Shown: positions 35,999-44,378 of the stretch, one piece after another
Position numbering within the stretch: the first letter of the stretch is position 1
How the letters are laid out: each line of letters starts with the position of its first letter
Virus record (IMG/VR): IMGVR_UViG_3300049070_000135
Coordinates: 1-54,239 of that record
Source of the DNA: a virus
Taxonomy: Duplodnaviria; Caudoviricetes
DNA length: 54,239 nt
Strand: one strand, 5' to 3'
Translations under genes and position numbers: made by a program
Notes under the pieces: model-generated
The model's database searches: none
What the model was told of the DNA's origin: nothing
The model's input: only the letters and a program-made list of their open reading frames with translations

Positions 35999-36664
35999 TT
36001 ACGGCAGGGGCGACGGGACCGGGTTGGCCTGGCCGCGGTCGGCCGGGGTCAGTTCCCGCGGCCCGTCGGCCACGGCCACCAGCCGCAGCGTGATCGTCAC
36101 CACCTCGGCGGGGTCGTAGTCCAGCGACGACACGTTGTAGAAGGACTGGTTGCTGCGCCCGGACAGTCCGGTGACGCCTGGGGCGGCACAGGTCTCGGTC
36201 GTCCCCCCGTAGGACATCTGGCCGCCGGCCCCCGCGGGGGCCATGTGCCGAAGGCTGCCGCTGGTCTTTACCTCGTACTGCGGGCCGACCGACATCGGCC
36301 GCAAGCCACCGGACCTTGCCACGGGCGGCGGCCGGTAGCGTTCGGGTTGGAACGTGACCTGGACCAGTCCCCGGCTGTCGGTCGCGACGTTCGCCTCGCC
36401 CGCCGCAGCGGCCTCGGAAGTGCCGGCCCGGTAGAAGGTGAACCGGCCGGTGTCGTGGGCGGGCCGCTCCAGGGTGATCGACCCGAAGGCGTCGATCCGG
36501 AAGCCGCCGACCGGCTTGCCGTCCACGACCACCTCCGCGTCGCACTGCCGGCCCGTGTGGTTGCCCAGCCGGATGGCATAGACGGTGCCGTGGGGGATTT
36601 CCGCGTGGCCACTGTCGCGCTCGCGGGCTTCCGGGATTTGGAGACTGAAGTTGCCGACACGCAT
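35999..36664 (-). CDS. conserved hypothetical protein
   Basis: AAGGAG RBS, strong codon bias; CDAEVVVDGK..G.FRI...LERP..DTG.FTF. Confidence 0.75.
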   Translation of the reverse strand: MRVGNFSLQIPEARERDSGHAEIPHGTVYAIRLGNHTGRQCDAEVVVDGKPVGGFRIDAFGSITLERPAHDTGRFTFYRAGTSEAAAAGEANVATDSRGLVQVTFQPERYRPPPVARSGGLRPMSVGPQYEVKTSGSLRHMAPAGAGGQMSYGGTTETCAAPGVTGLSGRSNQSFYNVSSLDYDPAEVVTITLRLVAVADGPRELTPADRGQANPVPSPLP

Positions 36665-36733
36665 GGTAGAAACTCCTTGAAACTAAGGGCGAAGAAACTA
36701 CGGGGACATTCTAGGAACTTTGGTGTGGTTATG

Positions 36734-37021
36734 TTAGCCGCATTCACGTTCCTGAATTGTGGCCCCCTGGGATTCCAGCCAGGGGATGAGTTTGGTGCGG
36801 AAGCAGTCGGGACACACGTCCACGAATTTGGTCAACGTATACCTGTCTTCGGGGTAGCTGTGTCCACTCTCCCACTCGACTGTGACGTCTTGCACTTCAA
36901 AGTGGGTTGTCCCCCAGGTGTGACAACTCTTGAAATGTGACTCTTTGCCACAAAGGTCACAGGTCATCCCGTCGTGGACGGTAATTTCCGTGGTGTAATT
37001 TTCCTTGTGCGACCGCCGCAT
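36734..37021 (-). CDS. small zinc-finger protein
   Basis: CDLC ... CPDC; GGAGG RBS. Confidence 0.7.
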   Translation of the reverse strand: MRRSHKENYTTEITVHDGMTCDLCGKESHFKSCHTWGTTHFEVQDVTVEWESGHSYPEDRYTLTKFVDVCPDCFRTKLIPWLESQGATIQERECG

Positions 37022-37023
37022 GA

Positions 37024-37545
37024 TTACCTCCTGAAACCAAGAAAGTATAGGTCTTGTTTGCCCCGTCCGTAGTGCAACTCAAGCGGTTGGTAATCCAACC
37101 GGCAGTGTTGGTGGATGTACTCCGCCGTCACGTTGCGGTAGAAATCCGCGTCCGGCCCCCAGGTTCCCCCGGCGTCTTCCGTGCGGCGGGTGCCGTGTTC
37201 CGGCCGGTCGGGTCCGGCGCAGGTGGCCAGGAACAGGCCACCCGGCTTTAACGCTCTGGAAATGACGGTTAGGGTGTCGGCCAAGTGGGGATCATGCTCA
37301 AAGCATTCCGTGGACACGACCACGTCATAGTGGCAGGCGGTCAGGCGGCATTCATGTGTTTTGCCCACTACGTCCACCCCCGGCCCCGGGCGGCAGTCGA
37401 TCCCCAGGTAGTCACAGTCGGTGAAGAACGGCCGGGGGCTGCCGTTCACGTCCAAACTCCCTACCTCTAACACCCGCTTCTTGGTGAAGTAGGACGGGAA
37501 GATCAGCCGGACCAGTCGTATAAAATCCTGAACCTCTTTATGCAC
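37024..37545 (-). CDS. class I SAM-dependent methyltransferase
   Basis: VLEVGS.DVNG, Y.GID, YDVVVSTECFEHD, LKPGG. Confidence 0.9.
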   Translation of the reverse strand: MHKEVQDFIRLVRLIFPSYFTKKRVLEVGSLDVNGSPRPFFTDCDYLGIDCRPGPGVDVVGKTHECRLTACHYDVVVSTECFEHDPHLADTLTVISRALKPGGLFLATCAGPDRPEHGTRRTEDAGGTWGPDADFYRNVTAEYIHQHCRLDYQPLELHYGRGKQDLYFLGFRR

Positions 37546-38197
37546 GGATGCCTCCGGACAGCGGGTGAATGGTGTAGTCGCCCAGGGCGAAGAACAGCGT
37601 CGTTACCCGCTCGTAGAGCAGGGCGGGCTTGCGGTCGTCGTACTTCGGGTCACACCGGAACGGGGGGTAGAACCCGTACACCCAGTGAAGGTGGACAAAG
37701 GACTTCTTCCAAAACCCCAGCCACTCGTCCCAGACGGCCCGGTGGCAGACGAAGTCGTTGCCCCACAGTGACGGACAATTCCACCAAGTCCTATCCACCT
37801 GCTTGGGGACGCACAGGTTGAGAATCCCCTTCATGTGTCGGTGGACGGTTTCCGTGTACGCCAGCCAGTCGTCCGACCACCCGTTAATTGTCGGCCAGGG
37901 GGCTGCCACGTCCCCTTCGGTTTTCAGCAACCTACCCAGCCGCGCGGGGATTCCGTCCCAATCGAAGTCCAGATACTTGTCGGGGCACCGGGCGTTCAGC
38001 ACCCCGACCCACTTCGCCCACGGCGGGTGGTCCAGGCCCGACAGGAACAACCGGCCCTCCCCCAGCCGGTTGTCCTGCAATTCCGGCGGGTCGATCTTCA
38101 AATCCCCCAGCAGCACCTTGGTCAGCCAGGGGCGGTCGGGCACCTTGGCCAGCACGTCGGGCCGGTGGTACGGTACAAAGAGGTGTAAGTCGGCCAT
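37538..38197 (-). CDS. glycosyltransferase-like protein (DUF4422-like)
   Basis: LGEGR, GNDFVCHRAVWDEW..F, R..ALLYER patterns; adjacent to the methyltransferase. Confidence 0.45.
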   Translation of the reverse strand: MADLHLFVPYHRPDVLAKVPDRPWLTKVLLGDLKIDPPELQDNRLGEGRLFLSGLDHPPWAKWVGVLNARCPDKYLDFDWDGIPARLGRLLKTEGDVAAPWPTINGWSDDWLAYTETVHRHMKGILNLCVPKQVDRTWWNCPSLWGNDFVCHRAVWDEWLGFWKKSFVHLHWVYGFYPPFRCDPKYDDRKPALLYERVTTLFFALGDYTIHPLSGGIRA

Positions 38198-38219
38198 TCC
38201 TTACTCCATTTATCCCTAG

Positions 38220-38520
38220 TAGGGGTTGTCGGTAGGGCAAAGCGGGAGTACCGACCCCCACTGGAGAGTGGGGGTCGGTGTCGGTGAGGGCTGAAGGGGT
38301 CCGCACCGCCAGACATGGTTTAGTTGTATCGGGGTTTGTCTGGTTGCACCTCTTACCCCGTCGCTAGCCACCGCCAAGACGGCGACACCCGGTCGGACGT
38401 CGGACACGCATCCGGAACGCGAAGGACAACCCGTTTCACCCCTATGTGGCCCGGCCGGTGGGTCAACCGTTCTGCGCGCCGCCCGCAAGCGGCTTGTGCC
38501 CAACCTGGGGCTATGGTGCC
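38220..38520 (+). ncRNA. putative structured non-coding element
   Basis: multiple nested stems including a 13-bp perfect hairpin 38250-38279; no credible ORF. Confidence 0.4.
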
Positions 38521-38539
38521 GGCGTGCAAAAAAGCAGGA

Positions 38540-38568
38540 TTGATTTCGCGGGGATATTCCGCTAAGAT
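38540..38568 (+). promoter_or_regulatory. sigma70-type promoter
   Basis: A-tract 38528-38533, TTGATT-17 nt-TAAGAT, palindromic spacer. Confidence 0.55.
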
Positions 38569-38574
38569 TGGTCC

Positions 38575-38638
38575 TGCTGCTTAAGCATCTTCGGCAATCA
38601 AAGGTCAGGGGCTTCGGTCCTTGGCCTTTGATTGTTTT
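38575..38638 (+). ncRNA. putative ~64-nt sRNA
   Basis: lies between the promoter and a + strand intrinsic terminator; no ORF. Confidence 0.45.
38595..38638 (+). terminator. intrinsic terminator
   Basis: 18-bp stem with three G-U pairs, C-UUCG-G loop, followed by TTTT. Confidence 0.75.
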
Positions 38639-39260
38639 AGTAGACACCATTCCCCCCGCGACCGCAAGCATTATCACCCCACTTTCGGGTCAATTCTTTT
38701 CGCACCTTTTTTGACAACCCCCGGGCGAACCTGTGCCGCCCTGGTTTAATAACTTCCTTGTACCCCCGTGCCAGGATTTCCGCCCTGGTCAGGGACTTGT
38801 CGCCGCTGTGGAACTTCCTCCGAGACACAACCTGTCCCTTGGCGTCCGTGTAGTACCGACCGTCCTCGGCCTGTCCCGTGTACAGCCAACTGGCCGCCCG
38901 GTAGACGCCGCCGTGGTGGCCGACGTTGGGATCGGCGTAAGACACGAGAAGTTCCACGCCGGGTTCCGCACACTTGAGAGCGGGCACGGACGCGGCGACG
39001 GCCCGAGTCAGCAAGTTTCGTTCGTGCCCGTCCGGTGCCCACAGGCGGGCCAATTCCCAGACCACGCAGTCCCGACCCAGGAGGAACCTGCCGACGTGTT
39101 GGTTGGCCGGTATTGAGTACACGACAATCGCGTCTTCTATTTTGAAGTAGTGGGACTTGCCCGACGGCACGCTGTGGGTGTAGTGGCTCGTCCTGACCTT
39201 CCACCTGGCCCACGCCAGTCTGGACTCTGCCCTCAGATGTTCACACAGGCTTGTAGTCAT
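38637..39260 (-). CDS. Mom-like (GNAT-fold) DNA modification protein
   Basis: WELARLW, LLVSYADP..GH.G.VYRAASW.YTG. Confidence 0.8.
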   Translation of the reverse strand: MTTSLCEHLRAESRLAWARWKVRTSHYTHSVPSGKSHYFKIEDAIVVYSIPANQHVGRFLLGRDCVVWELARLWAPDGHERNLLTRAVAASVPALKCAEPGVELLVSYADPNVGHHGGVYRAASWLYTGQAEDGRYYTDAKGQVVSRRKFHSGDKSLTRAEILARGYKEVIKPGRHRFARGLSKKVRKELTRKWGDNACGRGGNGVY

Positions 39261-39838
39261 TGTTTTCCGACCCGAACAATTTTTCCGCACGCAAGTTCCT
39301 CGCTGTGCGTGACCATGATTATTTGTATTTGGAGTTCCCTGGCCAGCGTCTCGATCAGTTCCCGGACGACCCCCGCGTGGTTGCGGCTGAGGTGCTTGAA
39401 CGGCTCATCGAGGACGAGTAGACGGCGTCTGGGGGGGACCGAAAGTATGAGGGCGGCAACCCGCAGAGCGAAAGCAGCAACGTCAACAACTCCCCCTCCG
39501 CTGGCGTTGGCGGGATCGACAAGGTGTCCCCCCCTGGTGAAAGACAGACGGGCCTCGGTGCGCCCCCGCTTCCGGTCGAATTCGATGACGAAGCCATAGG
39601 AATTCTCTCCGAACACTGCCCGCAGGCACTTGGTCACGACCCTGGCGACCTGTTCGTGGGCCGCCTGCTGGACGGCCTGGGCCGCCGCCTGCAACACGCC
39701 CTGGGCTTCCCGGGCAGCCGCCGCTTCCGCCCGGTACTTTTTCAGGGCGGCGGACTCGTCCCGGACGGTGCGGGCGGCGTGCCGCAGGTCGGCAAGGGAC
39801 TTTTCCGCCAGCCGTTCGTATTCAGCCAGTGGCCGCAA
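39257..39838 (-). CDS. SbcC/Rad50 C-terminal ATPase half
   Basis: signature SGGG, Walker B LLVLDEPF, H-loop IMVTH; probable TTG start with GGGGGA RBS. Confidence 0.85.
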   Translation of the reverse strand: MRPLAEYERLAEKSLADLRHAARTVRDESAALKKYRAEAAAAREAQGVLQAAAQAVQQAAHEQVARVVTKCLRAVFGENSYGFVIEFDRKRGRTEARLSFTRGGHLVDPANASGGGVVDVAAFALRVAALILSVPPRRRLLVLDEPFKHLSRNHAGVVRELIETLARELQIQIIMVTHSEELACGKIVRVGKQ

Positions 39839-40268
39839 GGGAAATCCCCCCGTGTGTGGCCTTCTTGATCGCCCGCGTGGTCGCCTGGTGTCTGGATTTA
39901 TTACAGAAGGCACATCGCCAGATTCTCTTTACCGGGTTAATTACACCCCTTTCCGGATCGGCGTCGCACCAAACGTACTCACATTTGCGGCACGGGCACA
40001 GGTGTTTCGGCTCTATGCGGAGAACGTCCCTGGAAAACCACCGGTTCCAGCAGCGGTTGTTGCTGACGTAAGTTATCGCGCTGTTGTGGTGGCCTATGTT
40101 TTGAATGAGTGTTCGGACCAGCCACGTCCCGTGGGGCATTCGCAGCACCGTGCTGTCCAGGTCCGTGTGGTTGTCCAGGAAGTCGGCCAGAATCAGCCGG
40201 GGCAGGTCGTCGGTGGGGGCCAGCAATGTCCCGCGAAGCAGATTCGCTAGGGTTTCGGGGTCATGCAC
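39822..40268 (-). CDS. TIGR02996-like domain protein with C-terminal Cys cluster
   Basis: LL...LLAPTDDLPRLILADFLD; CPCRKC...CAFC. Confidence 0.7.
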   Translation of the reverse strand: MHDPETLANLLRGTLLAPTDDLPRLILADFLDNHTDLDSTVLRMPHGTWLVRTLIQNIGHHNSAITYVSNNRCWNRWFSRDVLRIEPKHLCPCRKCEYVWCDADPERGVINPVKRIWRCAFCNKSRHQATTRAIKKATHGGISLAATG

Positions 40269-40350
40269 GGTAACGCCTCCATACCAGCCAGGCCAGGAAC
40301 AGGATTAGTAGCGACAGGACCAGCCAGTCGTACCAGCGCTGTTCAGCCAT
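40261..40350 (-). CDS. 29-aa membrane peptide
   Basis: MAEQRWYDWLVLSLLILFLAWLVWRRYRA; overlaps both neighbours by 8 nt. Confidence 0.5.
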   Translation of the reverse strand: MAEQRWYDWLVLSLLILFLAWLVWRRYRA

Positions 40351-40606
40351 CCAACTTGTCGCCCCACTTCTTTTCCAGTTCTTCCTTCGCCGCCTGGAAT
40401 TCTTTCGACAGCCGTTCGACTTCCAGGTCCAGCTTGGTTTGGAGTTCCCTGGCCTGTCTTTCCGTGGACACGCCGAATTCGTCCTTGATCCGCTTCTTGA
40501 GTTCTTCCAGGGCACCGGCCGACCGATCCCGTTCCCGGGTGGTTTCGTCCACCCGGGCCTTGAGCCGTTCGTAAACTTCGGCGGTCGGGTCGGGCACGTC
40601 AGTCAC
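40343..40606 (-). CDS. small coiled-coil protein (possible middle segment of split SbcC)
   Basis: heptad-rich 87 aa inside the SbcCD cluster. Confidence 0.7.
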   Translation of the reverse strand: MTDVPDPTAEVYERLKARVDETTRERDRSAGALEELKKRIKDEFGVSTERQARELQTKLDLEVERLSKEFQAAKEELEKKWGDKLDG

Positions 40607-41243
40607 CGAAGTAGGGGTTCAGGCCGAACACGGGGTGGACCCAGTTGGGGACCGTCGCCGGCCCCCGGCGGAACAGGACCACCCCGACCAGCTTCCGGAC
40701 GTCCCCCGGGAAGTTCTGGCGGAACTCCCACATGCTGCGGCCGGTCGTCCACACGTCGTCCACGGCCAGTTCCAGGTCGGCGTCCGGGGTCTTGTGGAAG
40801 GACAGGGCGGCGGCGAACCGCAGCCCGCCCCGGGGGATGCCGTAGACTTCCCGGAATTTGATCCGTTCGGCGACGACCCGTGCGTGACAGTCCCAGTCGG
40901 CCGTGGTCAGGGCGTCGCAGTCGATCTTGAAGTTCAGGTTCAGCCCGCTGTGACTGACGAACTTCCCCCACTTGTAGAGGTTGGTCAATGCCACCTCCCG
41001 GCCGAATAGTTTCTTCTGGTATTCGACACACCCCCGGCTGAAATCTTCGGGCGTACAGCCGGGCTTTTCGTCCCTGTGGTGGCAGAGGTTCTGGAATTCT
41101 TCGGGCGTGAAATCCCCGCGCGTCAGGCGGGCAATTTCGTCGGCCGCGTCCCGAAGCAACTGGATCGGTTCCTCTGACTTGGGCAGGCTTTGGATTTCGG
41201 CTACGGCCGCCCACTGCCGCAACGCCTCGGCGATTGTATTCAT
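40599..41243 (-). CDS. type I phosphoribosyltransferase (orotate-PRT-like)
   Basis: FVSHSG...FKIDC, GIPRGG, PRPP loop AVDDVWTTGRSM. Confidence 0.8.
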   Translation of the reverse strand: MNTIAEALRQWAAVAEIQSLPKSEEPIQLLRDAADEIARLTRGDFTPEEFQNLCHHRDEKPGCTPEDFSRGCVEYQKKLFGREVALTNLYKWGKFVSHSGLNLNFKIDCDALTTADWDCHARVVAERIKFREVYGIPRGGLRFAAALSFHKTPDADLELAVDDVWTTGRSMWEFRQNFPGDVRKLVGVVLFRRGPATVPNWVHPVFGLNPYFGD

Positions 41244-42250
41244 TTGTCCTCCAGGCACTTGTCGATGAACCCCTGGACCATACGGCCGAAGTCTTTCGAC
41301 GCCATGATCCGGGCGACCGTTTGCACGAAGTCGATCCCGCGGTCGGCCGCCGACCGCAGTTCTTTCAGCAGTTCCCCGGCGTCCAGGCCCGCCGCCTGGG
41401 ATTCGGCTTCTTTCGGGGCGGACACGAACCGGTCGGCGGACACGTCCAGGAATTGGGTCTTGACCGTCCCGTCGGCGTGCAGGACGCCGACCTTGGGGGC
41501 GTGGCCGATCTCGTCGGATTTGCGGATCAAAAAAGTTCCCGGGTTGAATACGGTTGGCATGGGGGGGTGCCATCCGGGCTGCCGGTGGACAATCTCCGTT
41601 TTGTGATAATCCCCTGTGTGGACCACATCGAACCCCTGAAACCTCTTCATGACGGCAGTGACAAAACTGTCGTCGGTTGCGTCGGGGAACGGCCGATTGC
41701 CCGACCAGACCGGCGTGTGGGCGACGGCCACGATCTTTTCGTCCGGGTCTTGCGCCCCCCAGACGGTCCGCAGCACGCCCCCCGGGTCCAGGCCGCAGCC
41801 CCAGGGGAACCCGACGGCGTAGACCTTGGGGTGAATCCGCGTCAAATACCCCATGTTGAAGTTGCAGATCGTTCCGGCCCCCACCATCGTCCAGTAGGCG
41901 GACCGGTGGATGTACTCTAATGAATGATTCGGAAGGTCGTGCTGCCCGGCCACGGCGTAGGTCTTGGTCTTCGGCCAGTGTTCGATGGCGAAGTTAATCA
42001 GTTCCGGCGGACTGTCCCAGCGGTCGAACAGGTCGCCGGCCAGGAGGATCGGCAGCATCTTGTTTTTGTCATACGGTCCGTCGTAATGTGTCCTACAAAC
42101 TGAATAGAGTTGTGTTAGGTAGCGGCGCATGACGCCGTACCATTCTTCGGTCGTCTGCTCGGCCCGGCAGGCGGGGGCCTTGTGCGACAAATGTACGTCC
42201 GAGACTAGGACCGCGACGGGTTCGGCCAGGGCCGCTTGCACACCGGGCAT
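41240..42250 (-). CDS. SbcD/Mre11-like metallophosphoesterase nuclease
   Basis: SDVH, AGDLFD, GQHD, AH, GDYH, NPG. Confidence 0.9.
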   Translation of the reverse strand: MPGVQAALAEPVAVLVSDVHLSHKAPACRAEQTTEEWYGVMRRYLTQLYSVCRTHYDGPYDKNKMLPILLAGDLFDRWDSPPELINFAIEHWPKTKTYAVAGQHDLPNHSLEYIHRSAYWTMVGAGTICNFNMGYLTRIHPKVYAVGFPWGCGLDPGGVLRTVWGAQDPDEKIVAVAHTPVWSGNRPFPDATDDSFVTAVMKRFQGFDVVHTGDYHKTEIVHRQPGWHPPMPTVFNPGTFLIRKSDEIGHAPKVGVLHADGTVKTQFLDVSADRFVSAPKEAESQAAGLDAGELLKELRSAADRGIDFVQTVARIMASKDFGRMVQGFIDKCLEDK

Positions 42251-43245
42251 TTATCACCTGTGAGTTTTTTGATCCTGTCGTTCAGCCCGCCGATCTGGGT
42301 GTCGGCGAACTGGACCTCGTGTTCCAACTGGGCCATGCCCAGCACCAGGGCGTTCAGGGTCCGCTGCTTCAACCTGGCCCCCTGGTACGCCGCCCAGGCC
42401 CGATCCAGCCGGGTCGTGTCTAAGGCCGGCTGCGCAAGGGACTGCGCACACCTGCGCAGGTTGCCGACCAGGGCGGAAAACCTGTCCCGGCGTTCAGTAG
42501 TGGACAACAGTTGTCTACCCAGCGCCAGAACGCTTAAACCGTGCTGGGCCGCGTCCGAAAGGGATCGGACGGCCCGACCCCTGACAACGGCGTCCGACGC
42601 GGCCTGGCGCAAGGAATCGGCCCTTTGGCGTGCGGCCGACAGCCGGTCGGACAGGCCCCGGACGGCCGCCACGTCGTCGGACAGGTCTTGCGCCCAGCGC
42701 AAGCCGTCCCGACGTGTACGGGCGTCATCCAATCGTTCCTGTGACACCTGAACGGCCATGCCGGTTCGCCGGACCAGCTTGGCGGCGTTAGTCAAGGCCC
42801 TGTCGATCAACCCCAGATTGATTACGCCGTTGAGTTGCCGGGCCACTTCGGCGGGCGGCAGGGTCAGCCAGAAGGGCGGGGACAACTGATCCTGAAAATT
42901 AATATCCCCGACGTTCAGGAGGTCGGCAATTGGCTGGGGGACGTTGGTTCCGAAGGATCGGAACAACTGGTCGTCAATTCGATAGAGATTGACGGACGCC
43001 CCCTTTCGCCGGCCAACAGTCCGTCCGTCGATTTGAACATTCACGGTGGCGTGGGGTCGCTGACCATGTCGTCCCACAAAGCCCGAACCCTGGGGTCGGT
43101 TGACAAAGGCCCACTGAAGCGCACGGAGTATAGCCGTTTTTCCGGCATCGGTTTCCCCCACGAAGGTTGTACAAAGCGGGTCCAGGTCCACGGTGAAGTG
43201 GTCGTGGATTTGGAACCAGCGGAGTGTGATGCGTTCGACGGCCAC
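42205..43245 (-). CDS. SbcC/Rad50 N-terminal ATPase half ending in a zinc hook
   Basis: FQIH, Walker A GETDAGKT, Q-loop FQDQ, coiled coil, CPVC; GTG start 43245. Confidence 0.85.
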   Translation of the reverse strand: MAVERITLRWFQIHDHFTVDLDPLCTTFVGETDAGKTAILRALQWAFVNRPQGSGFVGRHGQRPHATVNVQIDGRTVGRRKGASVNLYRIDDQLFRSFGTNVPQPIADLLNVGDINFQDQLSPPFWLTLPPAEVARQLNGVINLGLIDRALTNAAKLVRRTGMAVQVSQERLDDARTRRDGLRWAQDLSDDVAAVRGLSDRLSAARQRADSLRQAASDAVVRGRAVRSLSDAAQHGLSVLALGRQLLSTTERRDRFSALVGNLRRCAQSLAQPALDTTRLDRAWAAYQGARLKQRTLNALVLGMAQLEHEVQFADTQIGGLNDRIKKLTGDKCPVCKRPWPNPSRS

Positions 43246-43246
43246 G

Positions 43247-43501
43247 TTACTTCGACCAGAGGTAAATGCCGGCTGCGAATACAACCAGGGACACCAAGCA
43301 GAACAAGCCGAACCCAACCAACTCATATTCCCAATGAGTGGACAGGGCCTTCCGGAGGTTTTCCCGGTTCCGCACCGTGACGTCCCGGCCGTGCCGGAAG
43401 CAGTACTGGCAGAGGTAGTAGGACTCGCCCTCGGTGGTGACGACCACCGGGTCTTCCACGTCGTCGCCGCAGGCGTGGCAACTGACTAGTCTTCGTGCCA
43501 T
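43247..43501 (-). CDS. small Zn-finger membrane protein
   Basis: CHAC...CQYC and C-terminal TM. Confidence 0.6.
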   Translation of the reverse strand: MARRLVSCHACGDDVEDPVVVTTEGESYYLCQYCFRHGRDVTVRNRENLRKALSTHWEYELVGFGLFCLVSLVVFAAGIYLWSK

Positions 43502-43797
43502 GTGTCCCCCGCAATCAGTTCGTACTCGTAAAACTTGGTCTGGTGTTCGTGGACCGGGCCGCTGTCCTCCATGTCGGGGCTGACGTTGGTGACGAAATAG
43601 GACCGGTCCACGCCCGCCGGGGACTCCGTCATGACCCGGGCGTGGACGACCCACTTCAGGCGCGGCAGCGTCTTGTGCCGCACGACTTCGCCCAGCCCGA
43701 AGCGGAACTGGCCGAACGCCTCCCGCACCGTGTCCCCCAGGCAGACGGCGTCGGGCGTTTCGTAATCCTTGTCAGGCACCACTGCCACCCCCGGCAT
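43486..43797 (-). CDS. hypothetical protein
   Basis: F.LGEVVRHK...YEYEL, SH3-like; operon packing. Confidence 0.55.
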   Translation of the reverse strand: MPGVAVVPDKDYETPDAVCLGDTVREAFGQFRFGLGEVVRHKTLPRLKWVVHARVMTESPAGVDRSYFVTNVSPDMEDSGPVHEHQTKFYEYELIAGDTWHED

Positions 43798-44068
43798 TGA
43801 AGAAGTTGTCGTCGGCCTTGACGAAGTCGAGGTTGGTCAGCCGACGGTCGGGCCGAACCTTACCCATGTCCGTAATGGTGCGGTCGATAAAGGCCCACAT
43901 TGTGTCCGTCAGCAGTTCTTCGAGGTTGGTCTGCCGGCGGTGGAGTTCGCAGACGTTGAGATTCATGCGGACCCGGGCCGGTTCTCCCCGGTAGTTGGGC
44001 GCCCAGACCACCAGGACGGGGTTCCACACCCCATCCATGCCACAGCCCAGCCGGTCGCACTTAGCCAT
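43772..44068 (-). CDS. hypothetical protein
   Basis: C...C...C..H; operon packing. Confidence 0.6.
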   Translation of the reverse strand: MAKCDRLGCGMDGVWNPVLVVWAPNYRGEPARVRMNLNVCELHRRQTNLEELLTDTMWAFIDRTITDMGKVRPDRRLTNLDFVKADDNFFNAGGGSGA

Positions 44069-44378
44069 TGCCCCACCGCGGGAGACCTGAATTCGCTATC
44101 TCTTCCACGCCAGCCATGCCGCCGTCCTGGCGGGGCCAGACCTCTTGAAGACGACACCCGGCCAGGGCTGTCGCCGTGCTGGCGGCCACCGAAGTCGGCC
44201 CGACCTTTTTGAACTCTGATTCTAAATAGCGTTCAAGGTCGGGGCGGTCCTGGAACGTGGGGGCCAACTCCTTGCCGGTCAGTCCGATGTCCTTGGACCA
44301 CACAGGCAGTCCTTCTTTGATCCCCAGGAACACACCAAGCTTGTCGCTGTACGCCACCTTCTGGATCATGACGGCCAT
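44061..44378 (-). CDS. hypothetical protein
   Basis: TGATG overlap with the resolvase gene. Confidence 0.6.
   Translation of the reverse strand: MAVMIQKVAYSDKLGVFLGIKEGLPVWSKDIGLTGKELAPTFQDRPDLERYLESEFKKVGPTSVAASTATALAGCRLQEVWPRQDGGMAGVEEIANSGLPRWGNG

Noticed and set aside
38220-38640. tmRNA, RNase P, SRP, tRNA or hammerhead identity for the structured region
   Set aside because: No T-arm/CCA end, no GAGGAAAGUCC, no SRP loop and no CUGANGA/GAAA core were found on either strand by eye.
38216-38677. 153-aa minus-strand ORF (and 86-aa plus-strand ORF) across the intergenic region
   Set aside because: No codon bias, no convincing RBS or motif; it runs through terminator-like hairpins.
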